64,000 nucleotides of DNA from Octopus vulgaris (GCA_951406725.2 OX597815.1:197098001-197162000); one strand, 5' to 3'; numbered from the stretch's first letter, positions 11,916-26,110 are shown. The notes: generated by a model not told the origin, from the sequence alone. Translations and numbers: made by a program.

Positions 11916-13057
11916 GTCTCAATAATCGATGTACATATGGTGCATTTCCTACATATAATCGCGGTCTACACCATCTTCGAGGAGGAAAAAGGAGCCAGAT
12001 TCTTAGTAGAAGATTTTAGCAGTGCTAAGTATCAGCATCGAGAAGAGAGGGAGAAGGATTTGGTCTACTACTAACTTATGTGAGGTACAGAGACGGGTAG
12101 AAAGCAAGAATAGAATAATGAATGTACGAGGCTAGATAGAAACTATTTCCCATAGAGATTCTAAGAGTTGGAGAAAACTAATTAGAAAGTAATAGCTAGT
12201 GCTTATATGCATCGAATAGAAGGAGATTAAGTGATAACATAAGACGAAACCCAGAAGTATAATGCAAATATTGTATGATGAGTGAGTTAGAATTATCAAA
12301 CAACCGACTGGGAGTGAGGGTTTGTGTGGTTGAGGGTTGCAGACAAGATAAAGAAAATCTACCAAAGCAGTTTGGTAGGGTAGACGAAACACAGTAAGTG
12401 AAAAAAGTGTGGTTGTCCTAAGTACCAGGAACAAAATCTATAGGGTAGTGGAGGAAATCAAGCCAAGCTTAAAAACCAGCAAGTATATTTGAGGTTCCCG
12501 GAGATTGACTGATTGTAACTCTAAATAGTTGAGATGTCTTTCCCAACCTTATCCGAAAAGCATCCCATAGGACAATGTCTCCTGGTCAATTTGCAACCTT
12601 TCACACTGTGATAGATTTGTCGTCTCTTGGTTAATCTCTTTGGTTTCCATTAACATTCTTGCCTAATGATCATCTCTAGAGCCGAAATCACCGTACCATT
12701 TTAATTGTAAGTTCAGTGAAGAGTATTATGAATATTAAGTTGTCACTAGATAAATAATAAAGTGAGGTGTAAGAGATTAAAAATAAAATATAATAAAGTA
12801 TAATAAAATAGATTAATTTGATTCATATAATATTTAGTTCAAATAGGTAATATTTAGATTGTAAGTTCCGTGGAGAATGAAAATATAGTAAGTAGTCGCT
12901 AGATGAAGTGATGTGTAACGGGTTAAAATAAATAAAATGAAATAAAATGAAGTAAATATATTGATACAATTTAAATAAGTTAAATAAGCATACGAAGTAC
13001 ATACACTTTGTACAAGTGATAATTATCTGCAACAGAATTAAATAGATGGGTTCGTAT

Positions 13058-13340
13058 TACGTGATTACGTGACCGACCAGACATCGCTAGTCACAATGCG
13101 TTTTGCATTGTTTTAACCTTCAAAGACGCCACCCTGCTGGCTTAACTAGCAGGCCAACAGAAGAAAGAGTGAGAGAAAGTTGTGGCGAAAGAGTACAGCA
13201 GGGATCGCCAACACTCCCTGCCGGAGCCTCGTAGAGCTTTAGGTGTTTTCGCTCAATAAACACGAACAACGCCCGGTCTGGGAATCGAAACCGTGATCCT
13301 ACGACCGCGAGTCCGCTGCCCTGACCACTGGGCCATTGCG
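13058..13340 (-). mobile_element. SINE family C
   Basis: Near-identical to 2492-2776. Confidence 0.9.
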
Positions 13341-13547
13341 GTAAATTTGAAAGGTCTTATAGAATTTATGAACAAACAAGACATTTCGTATTTTTTTGTT
13401 TAACAATTGCAGTCGTCCATGCGATAGTATTTGTATAAGTTCTTTCAAGTATAACAAACTTGGAATATAATTTTGGTCCTCATATGGAGCACCAGTATCA
13501 AAGAGAGAGACAAAGATATATCATACAGTGTACGTTTTTCTTCAGGT

Positions 13548-14000
13548 TATAGTTAAGTTAAGTTAATTTTTTGGCTCAAAAAGCAAAAAGCAAGACCATG
13601 TAGGGGGACATGGGGTTATGTACAGGGTGGTGTTCATGCAAAGAGTTCAGGCCAGTTCTGGTCAAGGGAGACTTTGAACCGAGCGGTCGTCGGCATCTTC
13701 ACTATCTCGTCCGGCAGCTTATTCCACGGATCCGCAACCTGGACGGAGAAAGCTCCTCTCCTTCGATTGAGATGACATCGTCGCAGATAGAGCTTTTGGA
13801 GTGACCCCGCAGCCGACGCTCTGGAGCAGGAGTGAAGAACAGCTCTTTCGAGAGGTTACACTTTCCTCTTATGATGTTATGAGCAAGAATGAGATCACCA
13901 CGGCGTCGTCGTTTTTCTAGAGAATAAAGGTCGAGCGTCTTCAGCCTTTCTTCATAAGACAAATGCTTGACACCAAGAACTATGCGGGTAGCCAACTTCT
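13548..14000 (-). mobile_element. CR1/L2-group LINE 3' fragment
   Basis: ATRIVLGVKHLSYEERLKTLDLYSLEKRRRRGDLI...LRGHSK, then a frameshifted ...VRVADPWNKLP. (TTAAC)n tail at 13548-13567. Confidence 0.9.
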
Positions 14001-14315
14001 AGATGTATGTGGTCATCCAGTGAAGTAGATATTTATTAACTTTATGAAATTTGGAAAGAGCTTAGGTGGGCTGACTATCCACGTTTAAAATTGCTGATGT
14101 CTGCAATATATACCTTGATAACATTTTACCGTTTGTAAACTTATAAACGACATTGAATATTCTGCAGTTGAATCACAATGGACACTTTTTTTGAAGGTTC
14201 AGTTAGAATTATTCGGTTAGGGACCTTTTTTAATTTACGCTTCAGCCTTCTATAAGTATACTGTGATATAGGACCACGTAGTGAACCAAATAGATACATC
14301 TGTATACATACAACC

Positions 14316-14453
14316 ATACATACATACATACATACATACATACATACATACATACATACATACATACATACTTACATACGTACATACTTACATACATACA
14401 TACATACATACACACATACATACATACATACATACATACATACATACATACAT
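14316..14453. repeat. (ATAC)n microsatellite
   Basis: Directly visible. Confidence 0.95.
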
Positions 14454-14469
14454 AAATGCATGCAAGGTA

Positions 14470-14790
14470 AAGAACCCCTTCGGTCATGAATGACTTTTGG
14501 ATTACATCTAGAAAGTTCTCCCTCCGAGTCACAAGACTAGGCAAGCAGTTACCCATGCTTATCAGCCTCTCCTCTCCACGCTACTGATGCTATCCAAGGG
14601 AAAGATAAAAACCGATACACCTTGGCACCAGTGACGTCGCAACTAATTTCCACGAGTAAGTGAACCGGAGCAACGTGAAATAAAGTGTCTTGCCCAAGAA
14701 CCCAACACGCAGCCCAGTCCAAGAATCGAACTCTCTACCTCTACCTCATGATTGTAAGTCTGACGCTCTAACCGCTGAACCATGCGCCTT
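14470..14790 (-). mobile_element. tRNA-derived SINE, family D
   Basis: Minus-strand head gcgcatggttcagcggttagagcg...gagttcgattc (A/B boxes). Related to 6636-6925. Confidence 0.8.
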
Positions 14791-14873
14791 CACTCATACA
14801 TCTATGTTTATACATACATCTATTCTTACACACAAATATATATGCATATACAATGATGATGATGATGATGATG

Positions 14874-14910
<37 letters not shown>

Positions 14911-14964
14911 CAACAACAACATCAACAATGATAATAATAAATAGATTATATATATATATATATA

Positions 14965-15343
14965 GGCGCAGGAGTGGCTGTGTGGTAAGTAGCTTGCTTA
15001 CCAACCACATGGTTCCGGGTTCAGTCCCACTGCGTGGCATCTTGACCGACCAAAGCCTTGTGAGTGGATTTGGTAGACGGAAACTGAAAGAAGCCCGTCG
15101 TACATATGTATATATATATGTGTGTGTGTGTATGTTTGTGTCTGTGTTTGTCCCCCTAGCATTGCTTGACAACCGATGTTGGTGTGTTTACGTCCCCGTC
15201 ACTTAGCGGTTCGGCAAAAGAGACCGATAGAATAAGTACTGGGCTTATAAATAATAAGTCCCGGGGTCGATTTGTTCGACTACAGGCGATGCTCCAGCAT
15301 GGCCACAGTCACATGACTGAAACAAGTAAAAGAGTAAAAGAGT
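14965..15343 (+). mobile_element. SINE family B (an extra 3' fragment lies at 15470-15559)
   Basis: Full head and (gtaaaaga) tail, with a short internal deletion relative to 19160-19555. Confidence 0.9.
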
Positions 15344-15558
15344 ATATGCATTCATGAATATAGACAAAAATATCCTGTTGATGTTGTTGAAATTCCAATG
15401 AAAGATCCTCTCATGTACTTTAGGAACCGATTTTTTTCTCTATTGGCAAGAAATCTTGAAATAAAACTGAATAAGTCCCGTGGTCGATTTGCTCGTCTAA
15501 AGGTGGTGCTCCAGCATGGCCGCAGCCAAATGACTGAAACAAGTAAAAGAGTAAAGAG

Positions 15559-15600
<42 letters not shown>

Positions 15601-15991
15601 TATCATATCATCATATACGGGTACAAGACATCATTAACTGTGTAAACAGCATAGACTACGTTGACAAACGAGTTAAATAAGTGAATAACAAGAGAAAAAA
15701 TTGAAAACATGACAAGTAAACACAGAGAAATGACCCTTCATCAGTTGTCGTCTGTGTGTCTACTCCTCATTTCGAGCATTCAACGACAATATGAGCCTTC
15801 AAAGACTGTTTCTCCCATAAATTCTAAAATTAAATTTAGGACTTATGGAGGGTCAAAGTTAGGAACAAATACAGGACAGTGCAGACATACAAGGAAACTG
15901 AACGAAAACAAACATGGAGTGTTGTTAGACCAGAATGAGAGGAAAATAGTGAACGGTGGGAGAAATATTTTCTATGCAAAGAGGAAAGATA

Positions 15992-16042
<51 letters not shown>

Positions 16043-16047
16043 TTCAA

Positions 16048-16084
<37 letters not shown>

Positions 16085-17771
16085 CATTCAAATAGACGAT
16101 ACAAAAACACGGACGGGTCATTCGAAGCCTCTAATCTTCAGTCAAGAACCGGATCATCCTCGCAATTTCAGCTGATTAATCTTGATATTGCTCCGATCTG
16201 ACCGGCCCCAAGGAAAAACTAAGCTATGTGCATTAGATTTCTTGGGAAAAGGATTGAATGCATACGAAACAAGGACAGAAAAACGATGTTACACGAATAA
16301 TATATACAAAAAACAAAATATAATACGAATATAAATACAAAAAGCAATAATAATAATAATAATAATAATAATAACGGGACATAATAACAGGCGTCTTTCG
16401 ACTTAGACGAATTGAACTCAGCTGGCGTATTTGAAAAATAATGCCTTCTGGCAGACGAAGAAAGCGGTGTTATCGTGACGCTGGTCCGAAGCGAAAGGGC
16501 TATAGTTGGCCAGCGGTCACGTGTGAAGAGAAGAGAGAGAAAAAGAGGAACAAGGAATTAAGGAGGGGGAGAAGAAAGAGAGTGTGCCACGGATTGGCGA
16601 GAAAAAAGGAAGACAGGGACAGCGAAATGCAAAGTAAGAAAGGCAAAGAATTTTGATAAATAGGTTAAATTGTGGTGACTTGATACAAGTACAAAATAAA
16701 TTTATAAAATTTTTCCCCATGAAAGGAAGACGAAACACAAATCCTAGAGACGATTACTTGCGACTGAGAAGAATAAGGGAAAAGTAATTTCCTGAAAATA
16801 AGAATATATTTCTCTTGTGAATTTACAAGTGAGGGAAATCATTGTGTATATGTTGTAGGCAAGGCACAGCAATTTACATATGTTACAGACTTTTTGATCT
16901 TATTACTATTGTGCAATCTCACATTGCCTGTAGTAGTGAAATTAAGTTTTTAAATTTCTACTAATGCAAAAAAGAAATACGTATAAAGAGGATTAGGGTA
17001 ATTTACATAATCAACGTAAACCGTAAGGAACATTGGTAAGTAGATTTAAAGATTTGGATATCAATCATTAAAAAAAACAACAAAAAAAACATGCTGTACT
17101 GAATGACATACATAATATTTTCTTTATATTCCCCTTAAAAGTAAAAGCGGAAACATGAACAACATATTAGAGCAGTTGTGGGTGACTCTGCGAAAGAAGG
17201 GAAATTCAATCTTTCGATATCAGGATTACATTTCTCAACTTATTTTACATGCAAGGTCAAAAAGAAGTAGTCTGTGGTTGATATAATTTTCAACATATTC
17301 AGAATAGAAAAATACACGTGTAGAAACACCCCCACCACCACTCCACACATTCTTTTCATCTATTGTTTTCGTGGTTTTAGTCGTAGGACCACGGCCATGA
17401 TGGAGCATCACCTTAAACTGTATGGGAGAATTCGGGTTGTTAGGTTGTCATCTTCCACTGGAATAACATGTCGTGAAACCTGAGATTTGTAGTGGTTCAA
17501 TTTTCTTATTTATTTTGTTCCTGCACTGTAACCGATGAATATATTTTATTAGTTTTCAAAAATGAAAAATTGAGTATATTTTCACTTAAATCTACCGACA
17601 GTTCACAATACCGATTGTACGAATTCAAATGTACCCCTTTTCTGGCTGCTTTGGTATCGCACAGTTTATATGACACCTGCATACACAATTTTCCTATGGT
17701 CTCCATCGTATGTGAAAATGATATTTATTTTGTTCACCAATAATGATAGCAGGTGTGAAATTTTGACTTCA

Positions 17772-17907
17772 TCATAGACAGAGAGTGTACTGGGAGAGGA
17801 GCAGTGTGGTTTTAGGAGAGTGAGTGGGTGTGCAGATCAAATATTTGTAGTAAGACAGATGTGTGAGAAGTTTTTGGCAAAAGGGGGGGGAGGTGTATTG
17901 GGCTTTT
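17772..17907 (+). mobile_element. Inverted RT fragment of the adjacent RTE-like LINE
   Basis: Encodes TESVLGEEQCGFRRVSGCADQIFVVRQMCEKFLAK. It is a diverged reverse complement of ~18583-18710. Confidence 0.85.
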
Positions 17908-19128
17908 ACCTCGCTCATCACACCATCCATATATAAATTAAACAGTCACAGAGACATCACACAACTCTGTCTTAATTCCACCTTCATATCAAACCACTCA
18001 CTTATTTTACCACCCACCCTAATGCACGCCCTACTTTCTCAATAAAAACTCTGAACAGCTCTCAACAATCTACCATCTACTCCATACAACCGCAATACCT
18101 ATTTCTTTACTACCCACAAGGGGCTAAACACAGAGGGGACAAACAAGGACAGACATAGGTATTAAGTCGATTACATCGATCCCAGTGCGTAACTGGTACT
18201 TAATTTATCGATCCCGAAAGGATGAGAGGCAAAGTCGACCTCGGCGGAATTTGAACTCACAACGTAACGGCGGGCAAAATACCTATTTCTTTATTACCCA
18301 CAAGGGCTAAACACAGATGGGACAAACAAGGACAGACATAGGTATTAAGTCGATTAAATCGACCCCAGTGCGTAACTGGTACTTAATTTATCGACCCCGA
18401 AAGGATGAAAGGCAAAGTCGACCTCGGCGGAATTTGAACTCAGAACGTAACGACAGACGAAACGCGGCTACGCATTTCGTCCAGCGTGCTAGCGTTTCTG
18501 CCAGCTTGCCGCCTTAACGACCGCAATACCTGCCACATTGCATCCCTATCCACTCGGTCATATGCCTTCTCTAATTCCATAAAGGCCCAAAACACCTCCC
18601 TCCCTTTTGTCAAAGACTTCTCACACATCTGTCTTACTGCAAATATTTTATCTGCACGTCCACTTCCACTTCTAAAACGACACTGCTCCACCCCTAGTAC
18701 ACTCTCCGTTTGGTTCCTCTCACTAACAATCAGAATTCTCCCATACAGTTTACTAACCACTCACAACAGACTTATACCCCTAAAATTTCCACACTCATAT
18801 TTATCCCTTTTATAGTACACGAAAACTATACAGGCACTGCACCAGCCCTCGGTATTCTTCCAGCCATATAAGAAACATAAGCTTTACTAACCATTCAATA
18901 ACTGTCACTATTTTCCTTAGGCATTCCACTGTACACCCATCTATACCTGGCACCTCCCGGTTAGCCATCTTCTACAGGGATTCCCTCATCTCATCTCTTC
19001 CAATTGCACCGTAGTTCCATTCCCTAACAACAGGCATTCTCCTCTCTCCTCCTACTGCCACTATACTTTCCTTCCTAACATCTTCCACATTTAACAGCTG
19101 ACTAAAATTTTCTGCCTTCTCCTTCTTA
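17908..19128 (-). mobile_element. RTE-like LINE reverse-transcriptase fragment, interrupted by a SINE dimer
   Basis: SKLYGRIL...EQCRFR...FMELEKAYDRVDR (18520-18760), continuing as LRQSCVMSL*LFNLYMDGVM at ~17915-17976. Confidence 0.9.
18101..18517 (-). mobile_element. SINE family A partial dimer with 12-bp TSD
   Basis: Two units of about 180 bp. accgcaatacct is duplicated at 18089-18100 and 18520-18531. Confidence 0.9.
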
Positions 19129-19159
19129 CTCACACACACACTCACAAATATATGCATAG

Positions 19160-19555
19160 TCTTTACTTGTTACAGTCATTTGACTGTGGCCATGCTGGAG
19201 CATCACCTTTAGTCGAGCAACTCGACCCCGGGACTTATTCTTTGTAAGCCCAGTACTTATTCTATCGGTCTCTTTTTGCCGAACCGTTAAGTGTCGGGGA
19301 CATAAACACACCAGCATCGGTTGTCAAGCAATGCTAGGGGGACAGACACAGACACACAAACATACACGCACACATATATATATACATATGTACGACGGGC
19401 TTCTTTCAATTTCCGTCTACCAAATCCACTCACAAGGCTTTGGTCGCCCCGAGGCTATAGTAGAAGACACTTGCCCAAGGTGCCACGCAGTGGGACTGAA
19501 CCCGGAAACATGTGGTTGGTAGGCAAGCTACTTACCTCACAGCCACTCCTGCGCC
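19160..19555 (-). mobile_element. SINE family B, full length
   Basis: Reverse complement of the 14965 and 60119 copies. Confidence 0.92.
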
Positions 19556-19724
19556 AATGTTATTTTATTTTAAGATATCATGCCAATAGAGAAAATATCG
19601 GTTCGTAATCGACATCCCACGCCCCTTCATTGGAATTTCAATAACTTCAAACAGGGTATTTGTGCATGTTTGTATGGATGTGTGCAATAGTTGGATTGAG
19701 CCCATGTGCAGATGTGCATGCTTT

Positions 19725-20201
19725 GTATGTATGTATGTATGTATGTATGTATGTATGTATGTATGTATGTATGTATGTATGTACGTATGTATGTATGTAT
19801 GCATGTATGTATATATGCATGTATGTGTGTGTCTATGTATTTATGTATGTATGTATTTATGCATGTATGTATGTATGTATGTATGTATGTATGTATGTAT
19901 GTATGTATGTATGTATGTATGTATGTATGTATTTATGTATGTATGTATGTATTTATGTATGTATGTATGTATGTATTTATGTATATATGTATACATGTAT
20001 GCATGTATTTATGTATGCATGTATATATGTATGTATGCACGTATGTATGTATTTATGTATGTATATATGTATGTATTTATGTATGTATGTATGTATTTAT
20101 GTATGTATGTATGTATTTATGTATGTATGTATGTATGCATGTATGTATTTATGTATGTATATATGTATGTATGTATGTATTTATGCATGTATGTATGTAT
20201 G
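19725..20201. repeat. (TATG)n microsatellite
   Basis: Directly visible. Confidence 0.95.
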
Positions 20202-20299
20202 TAATCTCATGCATATAGTTTCATGTCTGAACATGCATGCATATACTTAAATGCTGAACGAATGGAAAGTTTCACGAATTTTGACATTGATAGCTTGAA

Positions 20300-20815
20300 G
20301 CTATAATCTTCTAATTAGCATTCTGCTTTCTGGTTTTGATAAGCCTAATTTCTCAAGACTGGTGCTTAGGCAGTTTGTTACATATCCCAGTGTCCTAATA
20401 ATTACAGGTATAAATCTGACGTTGTAATCCAGGTAAATTTTTCAGTAGTTCAGCGTTGGCATTTCTTCATCACTGATATTTAGCTTTATGTTGACATTCG
20501 CTGGGCATCTGATTTCCATTACTAAGTTTCTCTTCTCAGTTCCAAATCAGCATGTTTGATCTACTATGTTTGCATTTTATTGAAGATTTGAATGGGATAT
20601 TCCACCAGTGCTCTTTCATATTATGAGTGGCTATGGGTTCTACCACATTGTTAGTTCTTATCTCATGTACCTCAGGATTAACTTTCCGAGGGATCTTAAT
20701 ATGTAGCGTCTAGGCATGTTTCATAGGTGGATAATAACTCGATGATATTTTTGGACAAATGCTTGTGATGTGAGTGATGTATTTTGTGTTAACCTTACAA
20801 AGTTTGCATCGGCTA
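20300..20815 (-). mobile_element. RLE-type (R4/Dong-like) non-LTR retrotransposon C-terminal remnant
   Basis: The minus strand encodes RCKLCKVNTKYITHITSICP (CCHC knuckle) and PDYNVRFIPVIIRTLGYV. Homologous to 35735-36300. Confidence 0.75.
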
Positions 20816-20914
20816 TGTATGTATGTATGTATGTATGTATCAGGGACAAACAACCAGATTGCTAACTCTCTCTTTGAATAGTATGCGTCTGTAATACAGG
20901 AACAGAAATTTTGA

Positions 20915-21092
20915 GAGAGAGGTTCAGTCCATTACATCGACCCCAGTGCTCAACTGGTACTTATTTAATCGACCCCGAAAGGATGAAAGACAAAGTCGAC
21001 CTCAGCGGAATTTGAACTCAGAACCTAACGGCAGACAAAATACCGCTAAGTATTTCGCCTGGCGTGCTAACATTTCTGCCAGCTCGCCGCCT
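20915..21092 (-). mobile_element. SINE family A
   Basis: Head GGCGGCGAGCTGGCAGAAA and B box GAGTTCAAATTCC on the minus strand. Confidence 0.9.
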
Positions 21093-21669
21093 TTATACAT
21101 TGATGTATAATCTGAAAAGAATGCGGCACAAAATCGGATCCCAATGAACTCCAAATTTGATTCAGAGGAGAAAAAGTGGCTAAGAGATACCTCAACACAT
21201 GACGTAACTGTTATTTTACATAAGGCTACCTAGTGTTGAGTGATAAATGGCTCATAGACAGTTATATTTATAGGAGCTCTGCGTGCCACATATGGTTGAA
21301 GATGCCGCTAAAGCCCATGTCTCTAAGCTTCTCTAAAGCGAGATATGACTGGTGAATGACCTGAGAAAGTAGAAAAATGGAAACTGACATTATTAGTTAT
21401 TTATTAGATTCTCTTATAAGCTAGTTTTCAACGGCGGTTATATCTATGCCTAGCAGATGAAGTCTAATAACAAAGAATATCCTTAGAAGCTAACTTCGGT
21501 AACTGTGGAAATAATCAAGTCATTATTAAGCAATAAGTTAATTTGATCGTATCGTAATACATTAATATATTTAACTTGATATTTACTCCGCGCAACATCA
21601 GTTGATATCTTCAAAATACTTTTAGAAACAGAGTACTGAATTTGTACCTTTTACAGACACTTTCAACTG

Positions 21670-21682
21670 AATATATATATAT

Positions 21683-21770
<88 letters not shown>

Positions 21771-21790
21771 GCATATATACATACATAGAT

Positions 21791-21843
<53 letters not shown>

Positions 21844-21858
21844 GTATATATATATATG

Positions 21859-21940
<82 letters not shown>
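21670..21940. repeat. (TA)n/(CA)n compound microsatellite
   Basis: Directly visible. Confidence 0.95.
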
Positions 21941-22918
21941 TATGCATGCATACGCCAAATTTGTGCGCGGGTGTTTATAATTTCATAATAATTATTCGAA
22001 TTTTATGTTCGTTTCAATTAAACGATATTACCTTTTTCATTTCTCTTAATATGCGTTACCATAATTAATCTTATTTTCTCTTCTATATCATTTATCTATT
22101 TTTATTTTTTATCTTTATACTTTCGAGTGAAAAACAGAAACAGCAATTATACACTTCGTTATATTTTCATCTTATTTCTATCATTATGTTCATTACTCAT
22201 TTGATGATTAAAATATTAATTACTACAACAATTTTCTGAAAAAAAAAAAAATAATATGTATTACTCATATAGCAACTTCAATGGTTTGATTCTTTGTTCA
22301 TAATACATACGTTGTTCTTCTTCTTGTTAGACTTATTTAGTTGAAAATAATTATAAAGAAAGCCAAAATATGTGACAGAAATTAAAACTTAATAAATTCT
22401 GAAAAAATCATATAATTAAATATGTGATGATAATCAAATTGAGAACGAGAAAAGTAAAAATTTTTAGTGAAATAAAGAATATTAAAAGAATTAAAGAGAA
22501 AATACTATGAAAAATGTAAAAATAATTATCAAAATATATGTAAGAAAAATATATGTTAGATCGGAAATGAAAGTGAGAATAACGTATAGTTATGCACATT
22601 AATGAATTGGTTTGGTTATTATCTGGAGTCTGTGTAAATCTCCCGGGTCAATACTTGCAATTATAACAGCAACTGAACCATGAAGTATAATTAAGTTCTA
22701 TCATAGTGTTTACTAATTAAATATATGTTGTGAAATTTAATTTTAGTTACATTCAAAAGGTTCCTATTTTGCATATATATATACAATTGCATACAAGACA
22801 ATATGTTCTCATATCGCATTTAGACACAGGCTCACCGCCTACTTTGTATATTAATATCTGCGTGTAAGCATTTATATATGTATAAAAAGGTAAAAGGTAT
22901 GTATGTATAAATACATAT

Positions 22919-22953
<35 letters not shown>

Positions 22954-23224
22954 TGCATACACATGTATTCGTATATGCATGTATGTGGTTATAAATTTTT
23001 CAAAGATCTTTAATGTGCAACCACAAATATGGAAGAGGAGGATATAGGGAAATACGTGGGTGTGATGAATAAAGAATAACCATATACGTTAACAGTTCCA
23101 ACTCAACACACGCGGGAAAACATAAGTAGACAAACAGAGGAACACAAACACTAACATCCCCGCCCCCAATACACAGACTCATGTGATCAACATGCAGCCA
23201 GATTACTTCCTTGGATCAATGCGA

Positions 23225-23431
23225 TCAAGTTTGATGTCCCGACTGAGCGATGCGGCATGAAAGTCCAAGTTTGTTTTCAGTCATATATCGGCTTTTCATT
23301 AGCTGAAGTATCTCATTTACACACGCTTCGACTACATATAGTATCAGTAACTTGCTAACTGAACTGGTTGATCTTGGCCTTTGTCTGTTTGTTGTCTGTT
23401 CCTCTTTTAAGTATCTAGTGATACACATCAT
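23225..23431 (-). pseudogene. Possible decayed LINE RT remnant
   Basis: RQRPRSTSSVSKLL resembles the RT motif YRPISLTSxVSKLLE. Confidence 0.3.
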
Positions 23432-24271
23432 TCATTCAATAACATTTATTTGCCGAAATAGTTCATATATCATCATGTTGCTTCTCAGGGTTTTAATGTA
23501 CCCTGGCTCAGATGGTTACATTGCCAATTAAACCGTAGCCAGAAACCTGCAGATGCTACCACCCCGTGTCAGAGTAACCCTGGGAACAATAGTGTCTAAA
23601 AGAGAGTTCTGCACTCTTCGAAACTCTGGACCTTCCTGATCCAGAGCCCAACTAACAGCTGCAGTTTAAAGACACATGTACATACACACATATGAGAAAT
23701 CATATTAAAATATACCATAATTATTAATGTAATTTTGGTTCACCATTGATGCCCGAAGCGTATTTAACTTAGATTGTCTTTTTCCCTGATCTTTATTACT
23801 TGTCGATTTGGTTCGTATATTTGGCGTATTGGCAGCTTCATTAGACCTTTAGCATTTGCACAGCCTCTATAAGTATCGAGTTCGAATGGCTCTCGTCCTA
23901 CCGAGTTGAACAGTTAATGTACTAATCAATTATTAGAGTTGATGGTGTAACCATGATTCGAAATTGAATCACTAGGCTGATGGTCAGACATCACAATAAA
24001 ACCACAGTTGTTTCACGTGATCGGTCAAGTGACTAAACAATTATCGTAAATCCACCGCCTGATTGAATCATTTAGAATCTCTTTACGCGCTATGAACAAA
24101 CGAATTGCTCAATACTGAGGTAGCCGCATGTTATGTCTCCATTCTCGCCACATCCAACCGGGTAAGACAGATGGCCGATAGTATACAGGAATTTTTATCG
24201 TCACGATTATAGCTCAATTATTTTCCAGTTATGATGTACGAATAAACTTGTAAATTCCAAACAGTATGTTA

Positions 24272-24715
24272 CATCTATCTATCTGTCCGCTCAGGCGAAG
24301 TCGACTCTCGGTTACTCGTTGGATCAGTGTCCTCCAGTCAGTTCTATCCTGGGCCGCTTCTTTCAGATTGGCTATGTTCATTCCGGTATCCCTCTTGATG
24401 GTGTCAAGCCAGCGGGTTCTTGGTCGGCCTCTTCCTCTCTTGCCACTGACCATTCCGAGCATGATGTCCTTCTCCAGGGATTTTCGCCGCATAATATGAC
24501 CGAAATATGCCAATCTATGCTTGGAGATTCTATCTTCTAGCGACATTTTCGGCCTGATCTGCTTAAGAACCTCTCCATTGGTGAGCCTCGCTGTCTATGG
24601 AATCCGTAAAAGTCTTCTCCAACACCAAAGCTCGAATGCATTAATTCTCTTCTGGTAAGAAAGCTGACCAGAAGAGAATTAATGCATTCGAGCTTTGGTG
24701 TTGGAGAAGACTTTT
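24272..24715 (-). mobile_element. 5'-truncated RTE LINE with fold-back 5' end
   Basis: RLAYFGHIMRRKSLEKDIMLGMVSGKRGRGRPRTRW, (AGAT)n tail at ~24272. The segment KKADQKRINAFELWCWRRL is present on the + strand at 24657-24713 as an inverted copy. Confidence 0.92.
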
Positions 24716-25097
24716 CTCCAGGTCTCGCATCCATATGTTGCTATTGGGAAGATAATTGCATTCACCAATCTGATCAGGATGTAATTATTACTATTAGTAT
24801 TAATAAAAGAGCAATACAGTTAAAATTCTATGTGCAGTTATCAAATCTTCTGTTAACTGTTCTTGGATATTATCAATTATTTATTTTTTCGCGCGTTCTG
24901 AGAAATACATTTTCATTCAGCAACTCAACCGATTATCCCCAACCGACAATGGCATCAACTAATTTCAGACCCTTAAATTTTCCTATAAATAAAAGGTTAT
25001 GTCACATTTCAAGATGGAAAATACATGCATCTTTGTTTTTAATTCATATATTCAATCAAGGTAACATTTCCTCTCATTATTGATAACATAATTAATG

Positions 25098-25275
25098 CGG
25101 CGAGCTGGCAGAATCGTTAGCACGCTGGGAAAATGTTACCTGTCATTTCTTCCGGTTTTACGATCTGTGTTCAAATTCCGCTGCAGCTGACTTTACCATC
25201 CACCCTTTTAGGACCGATACAATAAGAGCCAGTCGAACACTGGGATTGAGGATATAATAGACTAACCTCCTTACG
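25098..25275 (+). mobile_element. Degenerate SINE family A
   Basis: gcggcgagctggcagaatcgttagcacg...gttcaaattccg. Confidence 0.8.
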
Positions 25276-25759
25276 AAATGTCTACCAAATAAAGCACAAA
25301 GAGCATAACATAACAGTATACTAACCTTAATTTTCGAAGTAGTGTAATGCAATTCAAGTTGAAGATATCTTTTGTCTTATAAATATGATTTTAGTCTCTT
25401 CACAGCGACCTCCTTGCTATAATATTAGTCCTAATATTTGAGTCTCAAACGTCTCTTCATCTACATTCATGTTCGCTTCTTTTTGTTCTAATAACCATTA
25501 TCTTTGCAATTTGTTGCATTCATATTTAGACCTTTCTCGTACTTTCCCCATTGCTGCCTGCCATTAACGATGTATTATCATCATATCTTATATTGTTTCT
25601 ATTCATGCCTTTGATAGTGAGTCTTTTGATCAGATATTAATATATATCCAGTATAGATATAAATAGGAATGGTGATAGCCTTTATACATACATACATACA
25701 TACATACATACATACATACATACATACATACATACATACATACGTACGCATTATATATA

Positions 25760-26110
25760 CAGTAGAACCTCACAGTATGCAATTTGCCGTACGAGCCGAA
25801 GCACTTGTCTTGAAGTACAAGTGTAAATCCGCAGTAGGATCAAGTTTCATGCAAATGACCAATAGTCGGCACTGAGCTCACATACGCTCTCCTAACAAGC
25901 ACAGCCTCCGCTCGCTCAGTTCACGTGTTCATCTCGTTATGGCAGCAACCTTATTGTGTTTTTTTCCCCAGAGATTTGTGCATTTGTTGCTTTTATTCAA
26001 TAATAATTAGTTGTGTTAGCCATGGGTCCTAAGAAAGTTTGTGAAAAGGACAATGATGAGAAAAAGAAAATGCTGATTACGATAGAATTGAAGAAGGGAA
26101 ACCTTTGATA
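25760..26110 (+). mobile_element. Tigger/pogo-like DNA transposon 5' fragment
   Basis: TA|CAGTAGAACCTC terminus. The ATG at ~26022 opens MGPKKVCEKDNDEKKKMLITIELKK (pogo/CENP-B-type N-terminus). Confidence 0.65.

Noticed and set aside
16115-16175. Minus-strand GAAA...CTGAAGA...GAAT as a hammerhead
   Set aside because: The stems do not pair in any hammerhead topology.
19660-20250. Long MYVC, YI and HT repeat ORFs here and throughout the window
   Set aside because: Stop-free microsatellite frames with no coding evidence.
21645-21672. 19-nt AG...GT microexon on the minus strand
   Set aside because: Weak donor, no polypyrimidine tract, and it does not preserve frame.
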